The translations under genes were made by a program, and so were the position numbers. Below, in pieces: positions 1 through 7,180 of a stretch of DNA of 11,709 nucleotides (positions are counted from its first letter, which is position 1; the number at the start of each line of letters is the position of its first letter). This DNA is from Candidatus Scalinduaceae bacterium. Lineage in GTDB: Bacteria; Planctomycetota; Brocadiia; Brocadiales; Scalinduaceae. The stretch covers positions 1 through 11,709 of the forward strand of contig JBHICG010000093.1 of NCBI GenBank assembly GCA_046759445.1. Reading direction: 5' to 3'. A model generated the notes under the pieces. That model saw only the letters and a program-made list of their open reading frames with translations, searched no databases and was not told where the DNA came from.

Positions 1-193
1 CTAGATATTTTCCTATTATAGGATAATCAATTGCTTTCATAAGAAGTCTATTTAGGAATGGCTTATTTGGATAATTATCACACATTCTTCCCGACAACCA
101 GGCAACGTTGGGATGCTTAGAAAGCATTCTATGAAAAATTGTTGAGCCACTTCTTCCAGCTCCAATAATAAAGATAGGCTTTATTATTTTCAT
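1..193 (-). CDS. Sulfotransferase family protein, N-terminal part (truncated by window edge)
   Basis: Not in the ORF track. Manual translation from ATG at 193 gives MKIIKPIFIIGAGRSGSTIFHRMLSKHPNVAWLSG..., open to the edge. PIFIIGxxRSGST...HP is the 5'-phosphosulfate-binding loop. RBS-like GAAGGA lies 6 nt upstream. Confidence 0.9.
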   Translation of the reverse strand, partial: MKIIKPIFIIGAGRSGSTIFHRMLSKHPNVAWLSGRMCDNYPNKPFLNRLLMKAIDYPIIGKYL

Positions 194-447
194 AATTAAT
201 CCTTCAATAATGGCACTAGTGAAAACATACTATATAGATTTACCAAAAAACTAATCTCTGTTGTTTATAAAATGTTTCAAGAAAACACTATGCATTGTTT
301 TAATAATAAGAAACCTTGAGATGACAGCTAAGAATGAATTTATACGTCACAACAGACATATTATTTACGTCTTTATGAAATACTAATCTGATATTTTGTC
401 TGATAACTTATCAGGGTGCAATCTGTAGAATTTATCCCCCAATTTGG

Positions 448-1030
448 CTATATTTTAAAAATGGTTTTAAAGATTAATTTTAGATCAGTAAGATAATTAT
501 GGTTATCTATAACATTAATGTAAAGAAAGTTTAATCTTTTCTGGTAAAATCCTTTTGGCATAATCTTCTTCGCAGTTTTTTGATAATGAAAGACCTTTCT
601 CTTCTTCTGAATATTCTATTGATGCCGGGTCTGTTATACCCGGTCGTATTTGAGCAGTTTTTTATAATCTAATTTGAATAAATCAACATATTTACTTACC
701 TCTGGTCTCGGACCAACAAAACTCATTTCTCCTTTCAGAATGTTCATTAATTGTGGAACCTCATCTATTTTATATCTTCTCAAGAATTTTCCAACTTTTG
801 TTACACGTTTATCACCGCCAACCGTTATTTGCGGACCATTGTTTTCAGCATCAACAGTCATGGTTCTAAATTTATAAATTCTAAAAGTCTTGAATTTTTC
901 CCCTATTCTTTCTTATCGGAAAAATACCGGACCTTTACTGTCAAATTTTATAAGGATTGTTAATATTGCAAAGAAGGGGGGAAATAATACTAGACCAATT
1001 GTTGAGAAGAATATGTTAAAAAAGCCTCTA
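448..1030 (-). pseudogene. Degraded bacterial sugar transferase (PglC/WcaJ-like phosphoglycosyl transferase)
   Basis: Pieces translate as FNIFFSTIGLVLFPPFF...SKGPVFFR*ERIG...YKFRTM...KIDEVPQLMNILKGEMSFVGPRPE..., then after a frameshift IRPGITDPASIEY...ILPEKIKLSLH*, then IDNHNYLTDLKLIFKTIFKI*. No start codon, stop at 913-915, frameshift near 650, stop plus frameshift near 511-517. Confidence 0.9.
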
Positions 1031-1065
1031 TGTTATTTATCTGAAGAGGAAGGGAAAGTTTTAAA

Positions 1066-1200
1066 TTAAAATGTAGAATGTAGGATTAAATTCTTTCTTT
1101 TAACTCTTATTTAACTTGTACATCCCGTATTCCAACTTTTCTTCTTTCTGCATTCTTAATTCTCAATAACGCAATCTTAAATCTATAATCTGAAATAAAT
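1066..1200. repeat. Degenerate heptamer tandem tract with imperfect inverted arms
   Basis: AATGTAG-AATGTAG near 1070-1083, and CATTCTT-AATTCTC...AATCTTA-AATCTAT-AATCTGA at 1151-1193. AGAATGTAG can pair with CTGCATTCT using one G-U pair. Confidence 0.55.
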
Positions 1201-1244
1201 AGTGTCTACACCTATATTCTTTTTGTTATATTGCAAGACCTGAT

Positions 1245-2012
1245 TTATTTAGGTTTCTTCCAATCATCTCTCGGCTGCCATTCAAAATCTGGCTCCCATC
1301 GAGGCGTTCTACCAATCCATTTTGAACATAAAATATAGATTGTCTCAAAGACTAATTTAATATCGTATGATAAACATCGGTGCCGAACATAATGAAGATC
1401 AGCTGATAGTTTAGGTGGAAGTATATGTTTGGCATAGAATTCCTCTGGATGCATGTTTGCCGGTGGAACTAAATTCTCGTGATAAACGTAATAAAGAAGG
1501 TTACCTGGGCAAGTAAGGCCCGGTCTAACTAACAGAATTTCCTCGTCACTTTGATTATATAAATTTTTTACAATATTTAAAGATTCTGGACGAGGACCAA
1601 TGATCGACATATCCCCTTTGATTATATTAATGAATTGCGGTAACTCATCAATTTTGGTAGCGCGGAGCAGTTTGCCAACTTTGGTAATCCGGTTATCAGA
1701 ACCGATTGTGATAGTAGAAGATTTATCGGCATTTTTCACCATTGTCCTAAATTTATATAAACAAATTTCATTTCCTCTTCGCCCAGCCCTTTTGGCATTA
1801 TAAAATACAGGCCCTTTTGATGATAGTTTAACGGCAATCGCTGCAAGAAGAAAAAGCGGGCTGAAAATCGCTAATACATAAAGCGAGAGAATTAAATCAA
1901 ATACACGCTTAATAAAATCGTAAGTTTTTCCCTTGAAAGGAAGGAGAAAAAGAATTAACTGCAAAAACGGAATTAACAATCTTCGCATAGATAGTTTATT
2001 GTTTATTACCAT
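1245..2012 (-). CDS. Bacterial sugar transferase (monotopic phosphoglycosyl transferase, PglC-like priming enzyme)
   Basis: KRVFDLILS followed by a hydrophobic helix, GPVFY, YKFRTM, RITKVGKLLRATKIDELPQFINIIKGDMSIIGPRPE, RPGLT. Start moved from 2078 to the ATG at 2012, 2 nt after the deacetylase stop; ATG at 1988 is an alternative. Confidence 0.93.
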   Translation of the reverse strand: MVINNKLSMRRLLIPFLQLILFLLPFKGKTYDFIKRVFDLILSLYVLAIFSPLFLLAAIAVKLSSKGPVFYNAKRAGRRGNEICLYKFRTMVKNADKSSTITIGSDNRITKVGKLLRATKIDELPQFINIIKGDMSIIGPRPESLNIVKNLYNQSDEEILLVRPGLTCPGNLLYYVYHENLVPPANMHPEEFYAKHILPPKLSADLHYVRHRCLSYDIKLVFETIYILCSKWIGRTPRWEPDFEWQPRDDWKKPK

Positions 2013-2014
2013 AA

Positions 2015-2677
2015 TTAAATAAGTATTCCAGCGTAACCGCGTATTATGGTAAATGCTTCTGCAAAAGGAAGTCCACACTCCATTCCACGAAATTGTGCGA
2101 GTAGTCGTAAACCTTCTTCAGACCACGGGTGTGGAAATGCCTGTATTTCATGAACATAATGTTTAAACGCTTGTATCTTTTTTTCAATATGAGGAGAAAT
2201 ATCTACGTAAAAATTCGCAGAGAATTGATTCCCACTCCAAAAAGCGGCACTTGGTATTTCACCAGAAAGAATACAGACTGGTTTTCTTATAGGGCGTCCG
2301 ATTATTTTAGCAGCTTCACACGTCAGTCGATGATCTTTGTTTAAATCTTGGTCAGAATTAGTAATGATTAAGTCTGGTTCCAGTTTCAGAACAGCTACTT
2401 TTTGCGATAATTCAGCCATGGCTATTGTGTCAAATATCTGATCCGGAACGTCAAGAATCCTGAGGTTGTGTACCCCTAGGATATCACAAGCTTCTTCGGC
2501 ACCTAATTTGTTTGATAATCCGGCGCCACCAAAACGAACTGTATCAGACAGAATCACAACATCTACAATCCATCCCTCTTCAACAAGTTTACAAATAGTA
2601 CCTCCGGCGGCGAGAGTTTCATCATCAGCATGAGCGACTAAAATGAGAGCTGATTTTTTTGGGACCTCTTTATTCAT
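2015..2677 (-). CDS. PIG-L/LmbE family N-acetylhexosamine deacetylase
   Basis: VAHADDETLAAGGTI (HxDD metal motif), DLNKDHR second motif, YVDIS...KKIQAF, and C-terminal RG...G..AEAF. Confidence 0.92.
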   Translation of the reverse strand: MNKEVPKKSALILVAHADDETLAAGGTICKLVEEGWIVDVVILSDTVRFGGAGLSNKLGAEEACDILGVHNLRILDVPDQIFDTIAMAELSQKVAVLKLEPDLIITNSDQDLNKDHRLTCEAAKIIGRPIRKPVCILSGEIPSAAFWSGNQFSANFYVDISPHIEKKIQAFKHYVHEIQAFPHPWSEEGLRLLAQFRGMECGLPFAEAFTIIRGYAGILI

Positions 2678-2701
2678 GGCAAATATTCACGATATAGGTT
2701 A

Positions 2702-4438
2702 TTATCCCGTCTTTTGAAGAAGAAATGATCCAATAGCTAATGCATCCAAACCAGTTGCAAAAAAGGTTCGGATTGCATCATGTGGTGTACAAACAATAGG
2801 CTCACCTTTAATATTAAAAGAGGTATTCATTACCACTGGAATTCCAGTAATTGTTTCAAATTCTTCGAGTAATTTATAGTAGCGAGGATTATGCTCTTCA
2901 ATAACAATCTGAATCCGACTTGTCCCATCGACATGAACTACTGCAGGAATATCCTTTTTCCCCGCTTCTTTGGCATCAAAAGTAATTATCATAAAAGGAG
3001 CATGCGTATATTTGTCTAAATATTTATTAGCACCTTTCTTCGTCATTGAAGGACAGAATGGTCGCCAGAATTCACGAAACTTAATGACAGCATTGACTCG
3101 GTCCCTTGATTCGATGGTTCGGGGGTCAGCAAGTATGCTTCGATTTCCTAGAGCTCGAGGCCCAGCCTCCATTTTTCCCTGAAACCATCCGACAACATTA
3201 CCTGCCGAAAGTAATTGAGCAACATTCTTTTCAATATTTTCTTCATACGTATAAATAAGTTTGCATGCCTTCAAAATATTTTCAATCTCACCATCCTCGA
3301 ATGAAGGACCATAATAAACATGTTCCAATTGTTTTGTTTGAAGATTACCATTTTGGTACTCACATGCCAAAGCAGAAGCTATAGACATTCCGGTATCAGA
3401 GCATAAAGGGTGTATGAAGATGTCATCAATAAGACCTGATTTAATTAAATTACCATTCATCTTAACATTTAATCCTACACCTCCTGCAATGCATAAGTTA
3501 CGAATCCTCGTTTTTTCAATCCAATATCGAGCCATTTCATACACTATGTTCTCAAGCCTGTACTGCACGCAATAGGCAAGGTCCATATGCCATTGTTCAA
3601 TTCTTTCATTTTCACATCGTGGAAGGTGTCCAATATGCTCAATAAGTAAGTCGGGAAAATGATCTGAATAAGTGCGTGGTCCCATTGCAATGATGTATGG
3701 ATCACACAGAAATCCGCCTTTCTCATCATACCATGTAATTTTATTTATTTTATGGACAAAATCCGAATTTTCCTTACCATATGCAGCAAGTCCCATAACC
3801 TTGTATTCGCCATCATAGGCCTCAAATCCAAGATACTCGGTAAAGGCTGAGTAAAACCATCCGAGTGAATGGGGGGTTTTAACTTCATGTAGCAGTGTTA
3901 GTTTATTACCATTATCTCCTTGCCACCACGCTGTCGTAACCCATTCTCCGCTGCCGTCAATGGTAAGGATGAGTGCTTGATTCATTCCAGAATGGTAATA
4001 AGCTTGAATGGCATGTGACAGATGGTGATTCATAAAGCTGATTGGAGGTATATCCACATCACCGTACATTTTTTTCAATTGTTGTGAAATTGTTCTTCTT
4101 AAATTTGCTGCGGTATAACGGTTAACGCGGTTATGTTGATAAGCTTTATCATTAGGAGTAGGTGGATATTCCTTATTTATTTCTGCGAAGTGTGCCACTA
4201 ATCGACCGTCTTCATGTGAAATACAATCCCAGCCAAAGGTAATTCGGTCAATTAATTGAAGATCCAAACCCGCTATATTAAGTACCGATTTGATTGAACG
4301 AGAAGGAAAGTAGGCTTTTGCGTGTTTGTTCCTAATTAGACGTTCTTCTTCAATAAAAGCAATAACTTCCCCGTTTATAACAACAGCTGCAGATGGATCG
4401 GGATATCCAGGAAAGTAGAAAATACCTAAAATTTTCAT
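2702..4438 (-). CDS. Carbamoyltransferase, NodU/CmcH/TobZ family
   Basis: EEERLIRNKH, HHLSHA, DGSGE, SLGWFYS, EYKVMGLAAYG, AGGVGLN, GWFQGKMEAGPRALGNRSILADP, KFREFWRPF, HVDGTSRIQ, NTSFNIKGEPIV; 578 aa. Confidence 0.96.
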   Translation of the reverse strand: MKILGIFYFPGYPDPSAAVVINGEVIAFIEEERLIRNKHAKAYFPSRSIKSVLNIAGLDLQLIDRITFGWDCISHEDGRLVAHFAEINKEYPPTPNDKAYQHNRVNRYTAANLRRTISQQLKKMYGDVDIPPISFMNHHLSHAIQAYYHSGMNQALILTIDGSGEWVTTAWWQGDNGNKLTLLHEVKTPHSLGWFYSAFTEYLGFEAYDGEYKVMGLAAYGKENSDFVHKINKITWYDEKGGFLCDPYIIAMGPRTYSDHFPDLLIEHIGHLPRCENERIEQWHMDLAYCVQYRLENIVYEMARYWIEKTRIRNLCIAGGVGLNVKMNGNLIKSGLIDDIFIHPLCSDTGMSIASALACEYQNGNLQTKQLEHVYYGPSFEDGEIENILKACKLIYTYEENIEKNVAQLLSAGNVVGWFQGKMEAGPRALGNRSILADPRTIESRDRVNAVIKFREFWRPFCPSMTKKGANKYLDKYTHAPFMIITFDAKEAGKKDIPAVVHVDGTSRIQIVIEEHNPRYYKLLEEFETITGIPVVMNTSFNIKGEPIVCTPHDAIRTFFATGLDALAIGSFLLQKTG

Positions 4439-4774
4439 TTCTTTCTCTCTTTCTTTTTCGATTTTAAACCAATAAGTTCACTCCTCTATTTGGACAATAG
4501 ATTTTCTGCATTAATAAACACTAATTTTTCTTTTGACACCCTTATATGATATCTTTTCTTCTTCAGGGTCGCCCATTTACATCTTAAGGAAGTATTCTTA
4601 TTTACAAACTTAAATCACTACCCTACCCGCATAGCAAAGCTGGAACCATCCGCCAAGCATGTGGTTTAAGGTATTAATTAACGCAACTATGAGAGATCAG
4701 GAAATGGCATATATATTCCATCAAAAATGGGACACAAAGAAAAAATAAAGATATATTCCCTTGTTTGTTGATTA

Positions 4775-4888
4775 ATAACTATTGATTATTACTTACTGTA
4801 TACTACTTAGGCCTACTGCCAATTTTCCAATTACTATTTCCTAATAACCAATCCCAAATTCTATTCTACATTAATCATTTCGCATTCA
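4775..4888. repeat. Degenerate ~7-bp periodic tract directly downstream of the aminotransferase
   Basis: ATTGATT ATTACTT ACTGTAT ACTACTT ... AATTACT ATTTCCT AATAACC AATCCCA ... ATTCTAC ATTAATC ATTTCGC. Confidence 0.5.
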
Positions 4889-6139
4889 TCTTTTGTGCTT
4901 CCTCACTACATTCCAAACCGCTTCCACTACTCTTTCAACGTCTTCATCCGTCATCTTAGGATAAATGGGTAGAGATATAATCCTCTTGTATGTTTCATAG
5001 GCAACTGGAAAATCTTGCGGTTTATAACCATAGATATCATGATAATAGGGATGTATATGCAGCGGTATGAAATGTACTGATGTACCTATACCTATTTCTT
5101 TGAGCTCATCTATGAACTGATTTCTATCAATATCTAACATTTCAAGATTCAATTTTATGACATACAAATGCCAGCTATTAACAATCCCATCTTTTAGCTT
5201 TTCCACCTTCACATTTTCCCAACTTCCCGTCTCTCTATCCACTGGTATCTCGATTTCTGGGATATCCCTAAAGGCCTCATTATATATTGATGCAATTTTC
5301 TTCCTTCTATTACACATAGATACTGCCTTTTTAAGCTGGACCAAACCAATTGCAGCAGCTATATCAGTCAAATTATATTTAAATCCTGGAGCCACGATCT
5401 CGTAATACCAGCTTCCCTCTGAAGAATACCGTTTCCATGCGTCATGGCTTATGCCATGGAGGCTCATGATTTGCATACGCTCGGTATATTCATCATTATC
5501 TGTTGTTATCATCCCTCCCTCTCCTGTAGTTATTGTTTTAGTGGCGTAGAAACTGAAACAGGTAATATCACCAATTGTCCCAACCATTCTACCATTATAT
5601 GTAGTAGGAAAAGAGTGGGCCGCATCCTCTATTACCTTCAAATTATATCGGTTTGCGATTTCAATTATAGCATCCATATCACAAGACAATCCTGCAAAAT
5701 GAACCGGGATGATAGCTTTAACTCGTGAAGAGTTTTTTCTACTTACTCCTAACTCCTTACACCCTAACAAGATATCCTCTATTTTAACCGGATCTATATT
5801 CATGCTATGGGGGTCGATGTCAACAATTACCGGCCGTGCATTAAAATAACGAATAACTTCTGCTGTAGCAGCAAAGGTCATGGAGGGAATGATAACTTCA
5901 TCTCCTTCTTGTATCCCAATAGCTTCGAGTGCAAGATGAAGGGCTGCTGTACAGGAATTTACCGCAATAGCATGCTTAGAGCCTATAAAAGAAGAGAATT
6001 CCTGCTCAAATTGCTTTACCTTTAGCCCTGTTGTTATCCAGCCTGATTCAAGAACCTCAAGAACCTCTCTTTTTTCATCCTCTTCTATAAGAGGGAGGGC
6101 AAAGGGTATAATTTTTTTATTTATATTATTTAGCTTCAT
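4886..6139 (-). CDS. DegT/DnrJ/EryC1/StrS family PLP-dependent NDP-sugar aminotransferase
   Basis: SGWITTG, AVNSCTAALHLAL, TFAATAE, IIPVHFAG, VIEDAAHS, FSFYATKTITTGEGGM (PLP lysine), GFKYNLTD, HLYVI, SLPIYP. Confidence 0.97.
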   Translation of the reverse strand: MKLNNINKKIIPFALPLIEEDEKREVLEVLESGWITTGLKVKQFEQEFSSFIGSKHAIAVNSCTAALHLALEAIGIQEGDEVIIPSMTFAATAEVIRYFNARPVIVDIDPHSMNIDPVKIEDILLGCKELGVSRKNSSRVKAIIPVHFAGLSCDMDAIIEIANRYNLKVIEDAAHSFPTTYNGRMVGTIGDITCFSFYATKTITTGEGGMITTDNDEYTERMQIMSLHGISHDAWKRYSSEGSWYYEIVAPGFKYNLTDIAAAIGLVQLKKAVSMCNRRKKIASIYNEAFRDIPEIEIPVDRETGSWENVKVEKLKDGIVNSWHLYVIKLNLEMLDIDRNQFIDELKEIGIGTSVHFIPLHIHPYYHDIYGYKPQDFPVAYETYKRIISLPIYPKMTDEDVERVVEAVWNVVRKHKR

Positions 6140-6399
6140 GCGTAAATCGTTCTATAGTATACGTGTTTATTCAGAATGTGTTTTATCACAAATCTCAGGA
6201 ATGTTCTTAAAACTATTTGTAAATTGTTCGAGATGAAAAGGACAACAATTTCATCTAAAGCATCTTGAAAAGTTTAGGAAATTTAGAATTAACTGGCAAG
6301 TTATTCGTATTTACATCACCAATAACCTTATCATTAGATCAGTAAATTCAAATTTTCAACTGGTTGATTATCTTTCCCAATCTATTTGATCTTATATAC

Positions 6400-6530
6400 T
6401 CATTCAACCAACTTGCACAACTTTCTTTAACTTACTTAATAATCTTCTCAACCTCTCAACATCTTATCTTCTTATCTTCCGTTACCCATGATCCTTGAAC
6501 TATCACCCGCTTATCCTGATAACTTCCAAT
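6400..6530. repeat. Degenerate 7-9 bp tandem repeat tract
   Basis: Octamers TAATCTTC TCAACCTC TCAACATC TTATCTTC TTATCTTC at 6440-6479, flanked by looser ~9-bp (AACTT...) and ~7-bp units. Confidence 0.6.
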
Positions 6531-6550
6531 ATAATGAGTATTAAAAACCT

Positions 6551-6850
6551 TTAGCTTCTCGACGAAATAACAAATAGACCATATTTATTTACTACATCCA
6601 GAAATTCATCAATATTACAAGGTTGACTTGCAAAGCGAATAGTTATAACAACTCTCTTTTCATTAGTTATTCTTTGTTCCGTTTTAGATACATCAATGTT
6701 GAGTGTACCCTTATCCACATCAGCAATAAAAGGTTTTGCGTTGAAATAATCTATAACTTCACCAGTTGTAGTGAAGGGAATTATAAGTACAATAACTTCA
6801 GATATGTCATCTTCAGTTACGTATGACTTGTGGAAGGAAATATATTTCAT
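6551..6850 (-). pseudogene. Truncated, internally deleted DegT-family aminotransferase
   Basis: ISFHKSYVTEDDISEV joins directly to FTTTGEVIDYFNAKPFIADVD...NID...VITIRFASQPCNIDE...KYGLFVI. It aligns with the neighbouring DegT but lacks the SGWITTG-to-GDEV segment and ends before EDAAH and the PLP lysine. Confidence 0.88.
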
Positions 6851-7180
6851 TACTAAAGGTTATTTCTATAAAATCATAAAACAGGCTCACTCAAAATGAT
6901 TAACGATAAAAACACCTTCGTTATTTCTTTTCTCTTTATCAACACAACTCTTGCAATCAACAAATCTTATATTCTTCGGTTTTCCTACTTGTATAAATAC
7001 TCCATGTCTTTATAAAAATACTTTCATTCTTCCAATAACTTCGAAATTTACTTTGTTCTGTGTTCTAATTTGAAACAATACAACAAAAATGAGTTCAAAA
7101 CTTTCTGGCTTTGTCTCGATAACTATTGCATATATATATGTCTGAAGATGCCCTTTACACCTTTTGCATTTAATTATTAG

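Noticed and set aside
400..414. Palindrome CTGATAA-C-TTATCAG as an operator
   Set aside because: It is a single copy in AT-rich DNA with no identifiable promoter or regulator, so it cannot be supported.
634..861. 75-aa ORF as a standalone gene
   Set aside because: It is an internal fragment of the sugar transferase pseudogene; its Met is the one in the KFRTM motif.
2013..2078. Extended N-terminus of the sugar transferase given in the ORF track
   Set aside because: It overlaps the deacetylase by 64 nt from a GTG; the ATG at 2012 gives normal coupling.
4700..4745. c-di-GMP-I riboswitch-like CCATCAAAAATGGGACACAAAG
   Set aside because: It is antisense to the genes, lacks GGCAAA and the GAAA tetraloop, and has no following P3 stem.
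6290..6360. EFTDL/DKVIG resembling the start of a GxxExxY protein
   Set aside because: It needs a frameshift and no GxxExxY motif follows.
6860..7170. Possible glycosyltransferase relic (VNFEVIG...KNIRFVD) in the spacer
   Set aside because: The similarity is too weak to call by eye; BLASTx would be needed.
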